Origin: an uncultured Chloroflexia bacterium
GTDB lineage: Bacteria > Chloroflexota > Limnocylindria > Limnocylindrales > CSP1-4
Assembly: GCA_963734535.1 (NCBI GenBank)
Contig: CAVTHS010000008.1
Span: forward strand, 288,001-352,000
Direction: 5' to 3'
DNA length: 64,000 bases
Position numbers and translations under genes: made by a program. This document shows positions 41,333 to 52,286 of the stretch, in pieces. Under the pieces are notes generated by a model. That model made no database searches, was not told the origin of the DNA, and was given only the letters and a program-made list of their open reading frames with translations. The first letter of the stretch is position 1, and each line of letters opens with the position of its first letter.

Positions 41333-42193
41333 GTGAGCAGGGCATCGACCAGCGCGCTTGCGCCTCCGGGGACGCGGCCCCGGCTCGAGCCCCGAACGCG
41401 ATCGTGGCAGCAGATCGCCGCCCAGCGGCGGCGCCAGACGCGCCGGTTCCGGATCACGTTCGTCCTGACGTGGATCGTCCTCGTCGGGGGCTCGTCGGCT
41501 TCCTCGTTCGCCGGCGGGAAGATCGACTTCGGCGTTCCTGTCCAAGTGGGGCGGGTACATCCTCGGGCGGCGTCCAGACCACGATCGTCGTGGCCGTCTG
41601 CTCCATCATCTTCGCGATCTGCTTCGCGGTCGTCGGCGCGCTCGGTCGGCTGAGCTCCAACGCCGTCCTGTTCGCGGTCTCCACCCTCTACGTCTCGCTC
41701 GTCCGCGGCACGCCGCTCCTGGTGCAGATCCTGTTCATCTACCTCGCGCTGCCGCAGGTCATCCCGGCGGTCGCGGAGGTCCCCGGGATCGTGCTGGGCA
41801 TGTTCGCGCTCTCGTTCAACTACGGCGCGTACATGACCGAGATGTTCCGGGCGGGCATCCAGGCCGTGCCGCGCGGCCAGACCGAGGCCGCCCAGGCGCT
41901 CGGCATGCCCGGTCGGACACGGATGCGCCGGATCATCCTGCCCCAGGCCGTCCGGATCATCACCCCGGCGATCGGCAACGACTTCATCTCGATGATCAAG
42001 GACTCGTCGCTCGTGTCGATCATCGCCGTTCCCGGAGCTCCTCTGGCGGGCCCAGCGTGTCGGCCAGTCGAACTTCCGGACGCTCGAGACGCTGATGGTG
42101 GCGGCTGCCGTCTACTGGGGCCTGACGATCGTGCTGTCGCTCTTCCAGGATCGCCTGGAGAAGCGGATGGCCGAGAGCGACCGGCGAATCTGA
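41333..42193 (+). CDS. Amino-acid ABC transporter permease; frameshifts
   Basis: RGTPLLVQI, AYMTEMFRAGI..GQTEAAQALG, IKDSSL. Confidence 0.85.
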
Positions 42194-42203
42194 GGAGGCC
42201 ACG

Positions 42204-43049
42204 ATGTCCGGCTCGAGCCGCACCCCACTCGCACACGACGTGAGCGACCCCTTCGCCGCCCCGGGTGCGCTGACGCCGTCGAACACGGGGCCGATCGTGC
42301 GCCTTCTCGAGATCGAGAAGTACTTCGGCTCCAACCACGTCCTGCGCGGCTGCACGATGGAGGTCTACCCGAGCGAGACGATCTGCCTCATCGGGCGGTC
42401 GGGATCCGGGAAGAGCACGCTGCTGCGCTGCGCGAACTTCCTGGAGGAGCCGACCGCGGGCGCCGTCGAGATCGACGGCGTGCGCGTGGACGCGGATCCG
42501 CTCCACGCGCGGTCCGGCACACACCGCGAGCAGATCCGGCAGATCCGGATGCGCGCCCAGATGGTCTTCCAGGAGTTCAACCTCTTCCCGCACATGAAGG
42601 TGATCGACAACCTGATCGAGGCGCCCGTCCGGGTGAAGGGCGTCCCGCGCGACCAGGCCATCGCGACGGCGGAGAAGTTCCTCGACAAGGTGGGCCTCTC
42701 GGAGAAGCGCGACGAGTATCCCGCCCGCCTCTCGGGCGGCCAGAAGCAGCGCGTGGCGATCGCCCGCGCGCTGACGATGGAGCCCAAGGTGCTCCTGTTC
42801 GACGAGCCGACCTCCGCGCTCGACCCGGAGCTGGTCGGCGAGGTCCTCGTCGTCATGTCGGAGCTGGCCCACGAGGGTGCCACGATGATCGTGGTCACCC
42901 ACGAGATGCAGTTCGCGCGCGAGGCGGCCGACCGCGTCTACTACATCGACGCGGGCGCCTTCGTGGAGGTCGGGCCGCCCGAGCAGGTGATCGACAAGCC
43001 GCAGGACCCGCGCACGGCCAAGTTCCTCGCGCGCCTGCTCATCAAGTAG
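42204..43049 (+). CDS. Amino-acid ABC transporter ATP-binding protein
   Basis: GRSGSGKST, LSGGQKQR, DEPTSALDPE. Confidence 0.93.
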   Translation: MSGSSRTPLAHDVSDPFAAPGALTPSNTGPIVRLLEIEKYFGSNHVLRGCTMEVYPSETICLIGRSGSGKSTLLRCANFLEEPTAGAVEIDGVRVDADPLHARSGTHREQIRQIRMRAQMVFQEFNLFPHMKVIDNLIEAPVRVKGVPRDQAIATAEKFLDKVGLSEKRDEYPARLSGGQKQRVAIARALTMEPKVLLFDEPTSALDPELVGEVLVVMSELAHEGATMIVVTHEMQFAREAADRVYYIDAGAFVEVGPPEQVIDKPQDPRTAKFLARLLIK

Positions 43050-43062
43050 TCTTCGAGGCACC

Positions 43063-45490
43063 ATGTTCCAGCGCTGGGGCGCGTTCGTCTACCGACACCG
43101 CCGAATCGTCGCCCTCGCCGCCCTCGTCGTGGCCCTGGTGGCCCTTCCGTTCGCCAGCCGCGCCTCGGGCAAGCTCAGCTCGGGTGGCTGGCTGGATCCG
43201 CTCTCCGAGTCGTCCCAGGTCGACACGCGCCTCGCGGCGCAGTTCGGCGGCGGCAAGAGCAGCCTCGTCGCGCTCTTCGCCCGGACCGAGCCCGGCGCCG
43301 ACGCGACGTCGGCGGAGTTCCAGGCGGCGATCGCGTCGGCGACCGCGGCGCTCCGCGCGGATCCGAACGTCACCGGGATCGTGGGCTACGCGGAGACCGG
43401 GGACCGGCGCTTCATCAGCACGAAGGGCGACGCGGCGTACATCGTGATCAACCTCGCGGTGACCGACGAGGAATCGGTGCCGCTCTATCCCGCCCTGCGC
43501 GCGACGCTCGCCGCACCGGCCGGCTACACGGTCAACGTCTCCGGCTACGCACCGTTCACGATCGACACCGCGAAGCAGGCCGACGAGGATCTCGTGCGCG
43601 CCGAGCTGGTCAGCCTGCCGGTCGTGGCGGTGGTGCTCCTCCTCGTCTTCACGTCCGCGATCGCGGCCGGCATGCCGCTGCTCGTGGCCGGCCTCGCGAT
43701 CCCGACGTCGCTCGGGCTCGTCTACTGGGTCGCCCAGCTGACGACGATGAGCGTCTTCGTCCTCAACATCGCGTCGATGCTGGGCCTGGCCCTCGCCATC
43801 GACTACTCGCTCTTCATCACCAGCCGCTTCCGCGAGGAGCTGGCGCACGGGCGGGAGGTCGGCGACGCCGTCGCCCGCGCGGTGGCGACGAGCGGCAAGG
43901 CGGTCATGTTCTCGGGCATCGCGGTCGCGATCGGGCTGTCGGGCCTGATGGTCTTCCCGTTCGCGACGATCCGCTCGATCGGGCTCGGAAGCGCGCTCGT
44001 CGTCGGGTGCTCGGTCTTCTTCGCGCTCACCTTCCTGCCCGCCGTCCTCGCCATGCTGGGGCACCGCGTGAATCGCCTGAGCCTGGCCGGCCTGCGACAC
44101 CGGCTGCGCGGCGAGCGCGGGCCGATCGCCGAGACGGAGGTGGTCCTGGAGGTCACCGATCCCGACCACCCGAGTCGCTGGGGGCGCGTGGCACGCCGCG
44201 TGATGGCCCACCCATGGCGCGTCCTCGTCCCGATCGTGATCGTGCTGCTCGTGCTGGGAACGCCGTTCCTGCGCATGGAGCAGGGCGTGCCCGGCGCGGA
44301 GGTCCTGCCCGTGGGCCTCGAGAGCCGCGACACGTTCATCGCGCTCCAGGCGGACTTCGCGCCCGGTGAGACGACCCCGATGACCATCCTCGCCGACCTG
44401 TCCGCGGCGCCGACGAGCCCGGCCGGGATCGCCGCTCTGCAGGCGTACGCGAGCCCGCCTCGCCGCGCTCGACGGCGTCTCGCGGGTCGAGAGCTTCTTC
44501 ACGATCGTCGACCCGCGGACCGGCACGACCGTCCCGCCCGCGCAGGTCCAGGCGCTCTTCTCGCTGCCGGCCGCCCAGCGCCCGGCGGGCGTCGACACGT
44601 TGCTGGCGCGCTACGTCTCGGGGAACACGGTGCGCATCGACGCCATCAGCCCGTACGTGGCCTCGCGCCCGGAGGCGACGTCCCTCGTCCCGCGCGTGCG
44701 CGCGTTGCCCGTCGACGCGCCCATCACGGAGACGGCCCTCGGCGGGACGGCCGCGCTCGGCTCGGACTTCCTGGCCGGCCAGGCCGACCGACTCCCGTTC
44801 GCGGTCGGCTGGACGATGCTGGCCACCGCGCTGATCCTGTTCCTGCTCTTCGGATCGGCCGTGATTCCGCTCAAGGCCGTCGTCATGACGCTCCTCTCGG
44901 CGACCGCGAGCTTCGGCGCCCTCGTCTGGATCTTCCAGGACGGCAACCTGTCCGACGTGCTGGCCTTCCATCCTCCCGGCTTCACCGTGGCCGGGATCCC
45001 GATCATCATGTTCTGCGTCATCTTCGGGCTGTCGATGGACTACGAGGTGCTCCTCCTCTCCCGGATCCAGGAGGCGTGGCGCCGCACGGGCGACAACGCC
45101 GCCTCCGTCATCGAGGGGGTGGTCCGCACGGCCCGGGTCATCACGGGCGCCGCCCTGATCATGGTCAGCGTCTTCTTCGCCTTCGTGCTCGCCGACGAGG
45201 TGACCATCAAGTCCATCGGCGTGGGCATGGCGATCGCTGTCGCGATCGACGCGAGCATCGTGCGCGTGATGCTCGTGCCCGCGGTGATGCGGCTGCTCGG
45301 CCGCTGGAACTGGTGGGCACCCGGTCCGCTCAGCCGGGTCGCGGACCGGGTGGGCTTCTCGCACGTGGATGCCGACGAGCCCGGCCGGATCGCCTCACCC
45401 GGCGGCGAGGCGCCCCTGGCGGGCGTGCCTGGCCCGGACGGCCCGATCGCCGGCGGCGACGGCGCCACGGTCGGCACCGGGCTGCGCTAG
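43063..45490 (+). CDS. MMPL family transporter; frameshift near 44455
   Basis: LALAIDYSLFITSRFREE, FGLSMDYEVLLLSRI, GRWNWWAP. Confidence 0.9.
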
Positions 45491-45499
45491 GCTGCCGGC

Positions 45500-46186
45500 G
45501 TGACCGGGTTCCGCTCCTCCGACGACGACCTCGACGAGCGCCTCCGCGCTCTCAAGGGTGAGGTCATCGACGGCCCGGTGTCTCCCGGCGGAGATCGCTC
45601 GGGCGCGGCGGGCACACCCGGAGGGGCGACGGGCCGTCCGGGGAGCGCGAGACGACCGGGAGCCGCCGCCCGCGCCGTCGGCTGGTCGCTGGGACAGGCG
45701 GAAGCCGGGCGGCTGGGTCTCTGGCTCGGCGTTGGGCTCCTGGCGATCGGCACCTACCTCGTCCTCGAGCAGTTCGTCCCCGCGGTGCGAATCCTCGGCT
45801 CGCTCGCGCTGGCGCTCGCCGGCGGGGTCCTGCTGGCGTGGGTCGCGACCGGGCGGGCCGGCGCGTGGGCCCTCAACGTCGGGGCGATCCTGTCCGGCTA
45901 CGGCGCATTCCGGTTCGTGGCCGAGGTCGCGGGCCTGCAGACTGTCGGGTGGGGCACGCTCGGCGCCGGGCTCGGCCTGCTCGTGCTGGCGGCCCTCCGG
46001 ATGCGGCGCGGGGGCCGCGTCGGGTGGCAGGCCTGGGTTGGCGCGTTCTTCGTCGTCTGGGGCGGGTGGGGCGCGGTCGGCAGCGTGATCCCCGGCTTCC
46101 CCTCGCTGGGCGACCTGCTCGTGCCGGGGCTCGTGGTGTTGGCCGGGGTCGTCATCCTGCGCCGGGGGATTGCACCCCGCCGCTGA
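45500..46186 (+). CDS. Hypothetical multi-pass membrane protein
   Basis: About 6 hydrophobic Gly-rich segments. Confidence 0.6.
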   Translation: MTGFRSSDDDLDERLRALKGEVIDGPVSPGGDRSGAAGTPGGATGRPGSARRPGAAARAVGWSLGQAEAGRLGLWLGVGLLAIGTYLVLEQFVPAVRILGSLALALAGGVLLAWVATGRAGAWALNVGAILSGYGAFRFVAEVAGLQTVGWGTLGAGLGLLVLAALRMRRGGRVGWQAWVGAFFVVWGGWGAVGSVIPGFPSLGDLLVPGLVVLAGVVILRRGIAPRR

Positions 46187-46249
46187 GCCGCAGCGGGTGA
46201 GCTTCCGGCCGGACCCGGCCCACGAGGGGCCATCCCGAGCCCAGCCGGT

Positions 46250-47593
46250 TCAGCCTGCCGCGGCCATCGCCGTTGCCGCAGTCACGGCACCGGCAATCCC
46301 GTCGGCGATCCCGACCAGCTCGTCGTCGGTGACCACGAATGGCGGACCGAGGAGGATCAGGTCGCCGTCGACGCCGTTCGCGTTGCCCGTGCCGGAGTAG
46401 ACCAGCACCCCACGCTCGCGGGCCGCGAGGACGATCGCCTCGGTCCGTCGCTCGGCGCGCGGGAACGGCGCCCGAGTCGCGCGATCGGCCACGATCTCGA
46501 GGCCGACCATGAGGCCGCGACCCCGGATCTCGCCGACGTGTGGGTGGTCGGCGAGTCGCTCGCCGAGGAGCGTGAGCAGCCGCTCGCCCTTCGTCGCGGA
46601 GGCCGCCACGAGGTCCTCGTCTCGCAGGATCCGCAGGACCTCGCGGGCCACGGCGGCACCCGTGATCGAGTGGCTGAAGGTGAAGCCGTGGACGAAGCCG
46701 CTTGCCGCGATCGTCTCGAACACCGGACCGGCCGCGGCGACGAACCCGAACGGCCAGTAGCCCGAGGTGGCGCCCTTGGCGGCCACCAGCAGGTCTGGCC
46801 GGATGCCCCAGTGGTCGACCGCGAACCAGCGCCCGGTGCGGCCGAACCCCGTCATCACCTCGTCGACGACGAGGAGCACGCCGTGGCGGCGGCAGACATC
46901 GGCGATCGCCGGCCAGTAGCCGTCGGGCGGCACGACCGCACCGAGCGTTGCCCCGACGATCGGTTCGGCCACGAACGCGGCGACCGTGCCGGGACCCGCG
47001 GCGAGGATCATCCGTTCCAGCTCGGCGGCCAGCTCCGCCACGTCGCCCAGCGCGTTCGAGCGCGGCTCCCCGGCTCGGTACGGGTACGCGGACGAGACGT
47101 GCCGGAAGCGACCAAGCCACGCCTCGTACGGCCGTCGCAACGGCTGGCGGCCGGACAGGTCCAGCGCCCCGAGGGAGTTGCCGTGGTAGCTCCCCCACCG
47201 CGAGATCACGATCTGCCGGCCGGCCTCGCCGCGCGCGAGGTGATAGGCCCGGGTCATCTTGAGGGCCGTCTCGATCGCCTCGGAACCGCCCGAGACCGGG
47301 TAGATGGCGGGCGAATCGAGCGGGAGGATCGCCCCCAGCTCGGCGGCGTAGGCCTCCAGCGCGGCGCTGGTGAACGCCGTGCCGTGCGCGTAGGCGACAC
47401 GCGCCGTCTGGGCCGCCATGACGTCCGCGACGCTTCGGCGCCCGTGACCGACGTTGACGACGATCGCGCCCCCGGCCGCGTCCAGGTAGGAGCGCCCGTC
47501 GGAGGCGTGGAGCGTCGCGCCCTCGCCGCGCTCGACGATCGGGAGCCTGCGCCCGAAGACACGCGGGAAGACGCGGCCGGCCTGGTCCGGCAT
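46250..47593 (-). CDS. Class III PLP-dependent aminotransferase
   Basis: SGGSEA.ETALK, SYHG, DEVMTGFGRTG, AKG; true start may be 47615 with an indel. Confidence 0.92.
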   Translation of the reverse strand: MPDQAGRVFPRVFGRRLPIVERGEGATLHASDGRSYLDAAGGAIVVNVGHGRRSVADVMAAQTARVAYAHGTAFTSAALEAYAAELGAILPLDSPAIYPVSGGSEAIETALKMTRAYHLARGEAGRQIVISRWGSYHGNSLGALDLSGRQPLRRPYEAWLGRFRHVSSAYPYRAGEPRSNALGDVAELAAELERMILAAGPGTVAAFVAEPIVGATLGAVVPPDGYWPAIADVCRRHGVLLVVDEVMTGFGRTGRWFAVDHWGIRPDLLVAAKGATSGYWPFGFVAAAGPVFETIAASGFVHGFTFSHSITGAAVAREVLRILRDEDLVAASATKGERLLTLLGERLADHPHVGEIRGRGLMVGLEIVADRATRAPFPRAERRTEAIVLAARERGVLVYSGTGNANGVDGDLILLGPPFVVTDDELVGIADGIAGAVTAATAMAAAG

Positions 47594-47864
47594 CGGTGGA
47601 GCGGGGATCCGTCATGGCCGCAATTGTATGGGCGGCCGCGCGCGTCGGCGACCCGAACGGCGATCCGCGGCGGCGATCCGAACGCCGGCGACCCGCGCGA
47701 CGACCCGCAGCGCGCCCGCCTCTGCATGCCCCGAGAGGCGCGGCGGTCGGGCCGACCTCAGGGGGTCGGCCCGACCGCGAGGTGCCCGGTTCGGCCGGAA
47801 GGGAGGGCCGTCCCGGACGCGTGATGTGCCTGACCCGGCGGCGGCTCGCCGCGACCGGGTCGGA

Positions 47865-49059
47865 TCAGACGCGGCCCTTCGGGACCGTGTGCCAGTACGT
47901 CTTGTTGAAGATGATCTTGCCCAGGTGCCAGAGCTGGTTCGGCTTGGGCGGCTTGGGCGGGTGGTCGTAGTCGAACTGGAGGAGCGTGCCCTTCCCGTCG
48001 CCGACCTCGAAGAAGCACATCACCTTGCCGGTGTAGCTCGCGTGCTTGCCCTCGGGCTCGCGGCCCATCACGCCGCGCGCTCACGCGCTCAGCGACGATC
48101 GGAGCCTCGAAGTGGGCGGTGGAGCCGGCCTTCGAGAGTGGCAGGTCGGTGGCGTCGCCGAGGGCGTAGATGTTCGGGTAGCGCGGGATGTCCGCATCGG
48201 GCGTGTTCGACGCCACCAGGTGCTTGACCTGGAGCGTGTTCCGATCGGTCGGGAGCCAGCCCGACTTCGGGGCGAGCCCCGAGTCGGTGACGACCTGGGC
48301 GCCCTTGTGGGGCGGCACGCAGATCAGGAGGTCGTACGGGTACTCCTCCATCGCGTCGGTGATCACGACCTTGCGCTCGGCATCGATCGAGTCAACGCCG
48401 GCGAGGAGCTGCAGGTCGATCCCCTTCTCCGCGAAGATCGGGGTCGCCATGTCGCTCACGCTCTCGATGGTGAACGCACGGTTGATCGGCGAGAGGAAGG
48501 TCAGCTCGGTCTTCTCGCGCAGGCCCCGCGCCCGGAGCTCGGCCTCGATGAGGAAGGCGACCTCGAGAGGCGCCGGCGGGCACTTGTAGGGGATGCCCGC
48601 GATCCCGATCACGAGCTTGCCGCCCGTGAAGGCATCCAGCGCCTTCCGCAGCCGGGCCGAGGCCTCGGCCGTGTAGAAGTGATACGCCTCCGTCTCGAAG
48701 TCCTTGATCGCCTCTGGGAGGATCCGCGAGCCGGTCGCGATGACGAGCTGATCGAAGTGGATCTTCTCGCCCGACGCCAGCTCCACGAGCGAGGTCTCCG
48801 GGTCGATCCGGACGACGGTGTCGACGACCAGGTCGACGTTGTCGTCGAGCAGCGACCGCTCCGGCCGGTGCAGCTTCTCGGGCCGCTCGTTGCCCATCGC
48901 GATGTACATGTAGCCGGGCTGGTAGGCGTGCTGCCCGGTCTCGTCGACGACCGTGACCTTCGCGTCGCCCGCGGCGATCAGGCGCTTGAGCTTTCGGGCG
49001 ACCAGGTTGGCGGTGAGGGTTCCGCCCACCCCGCCGCCCAGGATGACGACGCGCTGCAC
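47865..49059 (-). CDS. sqr: Sulfide:quinone oxidoreductase family flavoprotein (type III-like); frameshift near 48075
   Basis: GGGVGG, YQPG, KCPPAPLE, GDATDLP.SKAGSTAH, VMCF. Confidence 0.82.
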
Positions 49060-49064
49060 GCTGC

Positions 49065-49301
49065 CTACCGAGCCTTCGTGACGACGATCTCGTCGAAGCC
49101 GTCCTTCGACTCGACGCTCACGAGCGTGTGGCCGGCCTTCTCGATCCACTTCGGGATGTCGATCTTGCTGCCCTTGTCGGCCGACCAGACGGCGATCGTG
49201 TCGCCGACGTCGGACTCCTTGATCGCGCGGATGAGCTCCATGAGCGGACCCGGGCAGAAGCTGCCGCGGGCGTCGACGGTTCGGGTGATGGTCGCAGCCA
49301 T
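49065..49301 (-). CDS. tusA: TusA family sulfurtransferase
   Basis: VDARGSFCPGP. Confidence 0.9.
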   Translation of the reverse strand: MAATITRTVDARGSFCPGPLMELIRAIKESDVGDTIAVWSADKGSKIDIPKWIEKAGHTLVSVESKDGFDEIVVTKAR

Positions 49302-49390
49302 GCTGAAATCCGTTCCTTCCATGCAGACGATGCGGGTGCGCGGGAGCAGGATGGGGCGCGGCCGTGCCCGTGCCGCGCCCCGGGGTGAGG

Positions 49391-49951
49391 TCAGATGAAG
49401 AGCGGAGCGCTGCCCTCGCTCATGAGGGCGATCACCGTCGCGGCGCCGACCGGCTCGCCCATGCCATCGAGCATGTCCTCGCGCTTGAGGCCGAACATGT
49501 CCATGGTCATCTGGCAGGGCATGAACTCGACGCCCATCTCCATGGCAAGCTCGAGCAGCTCCTTCGGGCTGGCGACCTTGTACTGCTTCGCGAGCTTGCC
49601 CATCATCCAGGGCCCCATGCCCAGGAAGTTCATCTTCGACAGCTTGCGATGCGAGACGCCCGGGCGCTGCATGAAGGACATCATCTTCTGCATCACGTTG
49701 TCGCCCGTGATGCGCTTCTGGTCCTTGACGAACGTCTGGAGGCCCCAGAACGTGAGGAAGACGCGGACCTTGGCGCCCATCGCGGCGCCGGTCGTGGCCA
49801 GGATCATCGTGGCCCAGGTCTTCTCGAGCTCGCCGCTGTAGCAGATGATGAGGATGTCGTGCGGCGTGGCCTCGTGCTCGTGAGCGGGCACGGCGGGCGC
49901 CGTCATCGGCGCCTCGACGATCGGCATGGCCGGCTCGGCAACTGCGGTCAT
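49391..49951 (-). CDS. DsrE2/DrsH-like sulfur carrier
   Basis: FLTFWGL, LSKMNFLGMG, CQMTMDMFG. Confidence 0.88.
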   Translation of the reverse strand: MTAVAEPAMPIVEAPMTAPAVPAHEHEATPHDILIICYSGELEKTWATMILATTGAAMGAKVRVFLTFWGLQTFVKDQKRITGDNVMQKMMSFMQRPGVSHRKLSKMNFLGMGPWMMGKLAKQYKVASPKELLELAMEMGVEFMPCQMTMDMFGLKREDMLDGMGEPVGAATVIALMSEGSAPLFI

Positions 49952-49962
49952 CGGGTCGTCCC

Positions 49963-50196
49963 TCACTTCCGGCGGAGGACGAAGCGATAGACGCCGCCCT
50001 CGACGCTGCTCTCGACGAGCTCGTTGCCCGTCGTCTTGCACCAGGCGGCGAAGTCCTTCGTGGAGCCCGCGTCCGTGGCGAGCACCTCGAGGAGCTGGCC
50101 GCTGACCAGCCCCTTGACGGCCTGGGCCGTCTTGACGATCGGCATCGGGCACGAGAGGCCCTTTGCGTCGACGCGCTGTGCGATCTCGAGAGGCAT
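49963..50196 (-). CDS. tusA: TusA family sulfurtransferase (second copy)
   Basis: VDAKGLSCPMP, DFAAWC..TGNEL. Confidence 0.9.
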   Translation of the reverse strand: MPLEIAQRVDAKGLSCPMPIVKTAQAVKGLVSGQLLEVLATDAGSTKDFAAWCKTTGNELVESSVEGGVYRFVLRRK

Positions 50197-50255
50197 TCCT
50201 GAACCCTTCCTGTACGTCGGCGGCCGGGCCGCTGCCCGCCGCGCCGGTGGTCCGA

Positions 50256-50669
50256 CTAGATGAAGACGATGTGGCCGTCGCCGGCGTTGATGTAGAAGGC
50301 GGTCACGCCCTCGACCCCGTCCACGAGCGGATCGAGGTCGTCCTCCTCGATCTTGAGGACGTCCATCGAGAGCGAGCAGGCCTGGATGTCGACCTCGCCG
50401 AGCTCCTTCGCCTGGCGCAGGGTCTCGTGCCACGGGGCCTGGCCCGCGACCGCGGCGGCGGCGACCAGGGCCGCTCCCGCCTCGCCGGCCTCCGCGGAGA
50501 GGCCGCGTCCCAGCGCGATCCGGTCCTTGCGGAACGCATCGAGCGCCCAGTACTGCAGGAAGATGTTGACCCGGCGACCGAGCGCTGCCGCGCCGGCGGT
50601 CATCACCGCGGCTGCCTGGAGCTTGTCGTCGGTGCCCGAGAAGAGCACCAGGTTGATCGGTTCGTCCAT
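50256..50669 (-). CDS. DsrE/peroxiredoxin-family sulfur carrier
   Basis: LFSGTDDKL, IQACSLSMD. Confidence 0.82.
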   Translation of the reverse strand: MDEPINLVLFSGTDDKLQAAAVMTAGAAALGRRVNIFLQYWALDAFRKDRIALGRGLSAEAGEAGAALVAAAAVAGQAPWHETLRQAKELGEVDIQACSLSMDVLKIEEDDLDPLVDGVEGVTAFYINAGDGHIVFI

Positions 50670-50679
50670 CAGGGTCACC

Positions 50680-51045
50680 TCAGCCGGCGCCGGGCACCGA
50701 GGTGGCGGCAAGCGCACGCTCGTTGGTCGGCTGGGGCCGTTCGGAGAGCTCGCCGAGGCGGGCGAGACGGCGCATCAGGACCCCGCGCATGAGGCTGCAC
50801 GCGGCGAGGACTTCCGGATCGGTCAGCCGATACCGGACCTCCCGTCCGTCGCGTTCGGACTCCACGATCCCCGCGGCCCGCATGACTGCGAGATGCTGGG
50901 AGACGTTCGGCTGGCTGATCCCCATCTCCTCTGCAAGGCGGCCGACTTCCTTCGGCTCGTCGGCGAGGAGGTGGAGGATCTCGAGCCGGCGGGGGCTTGC
51001 GAGGATCTTCATGACCTCCGATTGGAGGCTCCAGATCGGGTCCAT
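50680..51045 (-). CDS. ArsR/SmtB family regulator
   Basis: LASPRRLEIL, SQPNVSQHLAVMR..GIV..RDGREVRY. Confidence 0.9.
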   Translation of the reverse strand: MDPIWSLQSEVMKILASPRRLEILHLLADEPKEVGRLAEEMGISQPNVSQHLAVMRAAGIVESERDGREVRYRLTDPEVLAACSLMRGVLMRRLARLGELSERPQPTNERALAATSVPGAG

Positions 51046-51063
51046 GCGCGGGATCATGTACCC

Positions 51064-51079
51064 ATGCGCATCTGCGCAT
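51064..51079. promoter_or_regulatory. Putative ArsR operator
   Basis: Perfect ATGCGCA-tc-TGCGCAT just upstream of a CATGAT -10 and the arsR start. Confidence 0.6.
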
Positions 51080-51167
51080 AAGGTGCGAATGGCCCATCAC
51101 CGGGACCGGCCGGCAGGGGGTCGCGGGCCGTTCGGCACGGGTGGACCGCGGCGGCCGGGCGCGCGGC

Positions 51168-52286
51168 TCAGCAGATCCGGGGCAGCTGCTCCCCGACCAG
51201 CATGTCCACGATCCGCTCGCTCCCGACGATCGTGCGGACCGTGACCATCGCAGGGTGGTCCGCGACCACGGTGCCGATCAGGGCCGCGTCGGCCCCCTCC
51301 GGCACGGCGCGCATCGCGGCCAGGACCGGCTCCGCGAACGCGGCGGGCACGAGCGCCACGAGCTTGCCCTCGTTCGCCACGTGGAGCGGGTCGAGGCCCA
51401 GCATCTCGCAGGCGGCACGTACCGGGCCGGGGATCGGGATGGCAGGCTCGTCGAGCACCATGCCGACGCCGGAGGTCGCCGCGATCTCGTTGAGCGCCGA
51501 CGACAGTCCTCCCCGGGTCGGGTCGCGGAGGACGTGGACGTCCGGGCAGGCGCCGAGGATGGCGGCGACCAGGCCGTTGAGCGCCTGCGTGTCGGAGGCG
51601 ATCTCCACCTCGAACTCGAGGCCCTCGCGGACGCTCATGATCGCGACGCCGTGCAGGCCGATCGGGCCGGACAGGATGATCGCGTCGCCGACGGCCGCGC
51701 GATCCGCGGCGGGGGCCACGCCGTCCGGGATCAGCCCGATCCCCGCCGTGTTCACGAACAGCCGGTCAGCGGCGCCCCGCCCGACGACCTTCGTGTCACC
51801 GGTCACGATCCGCGCGCCGGCCTTCACCGCCGCGCGGGCCGCGGACGCGGTGATCGCGCGGAGCTCCTCGAACGGCAGGCCCTCCTCGATCACGTAGGCG
51901 AGCGAGATCGCGACCGGCTGGGCCCCCATCATCGCGAGGTCGTTGAGGGTGCCGTTGACGGCCAGCTCGCCGATGTCTCCGCCCGGGAACGCGAGCGGGC
52001 TCACGACGAAGGAATCGGTGGTGAACGCCAGGCGCGCGCCGGCAACCTCGACGACGGCGGCGTCGTTGAGCGGGCCGCCCGGCGCGGCGGCCGCAAGCGC
52101 GGGCCCGATCACGTCACGCATGAGCGCGGCGGACAGCTGGCCGCCCGAGCCGTGGCCCAGGATGACGCGCTGGACCTCGGGGATCGGCGCCGGGCAGGCG
52201 AGGCCGTTCGCGTCGAAGAACACGGCATCCGCGGCCGGCGTCCCTGCGGACGCGACACCCGCCGGGAGGTCACGGACGCCGCTCAC
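51168..52286 (-). CDS. hypE: Hydrogenase maturation protein HypE
   Basis: GHGSGG, TTDSFVV, GDTKVV, RDPTRGG, C-terminal PRIC. Confidence 0.95.
   Translation of the reverse strand: MSGVRDLPAGVASAGTPAADAVFFDANGLACPAPIPEVQRVILGHGSGGQLSAALMRDVIGPALAAAAPGGPLNDAAVVEVAGARLAFTTDSFVVSPLAFPGGDIGELAVNGTLNDLAMMGAQPVAISLAYVIEEGLPFEELRAITASAARAAVKAGARIVTGDTKVVGRGAADRLFVNTAGIGLIPDGVAPAADRAAVGDAIILSGPIGLHGVAIMSVREGLEFEVEIASDTQALNGLVAAILGACPDVHVLRDPTRGGLSSALNEIAATSGVGMVLDEPAIPIPGPVRAACEMLGLDPLHVANEGKLVALVPAAFAEPVLAAMRAVPEGADAALIGTVVADHPAMVTVRTIVGSERIVDMLVGEQLPRIC

Noticed and set aside
32416-45490. Programmed frameshifting or mass pseudogenisation
   Set aside because: No slippery heptamers noticed; indels scattered across unrelated genes, consistent with sequencing error
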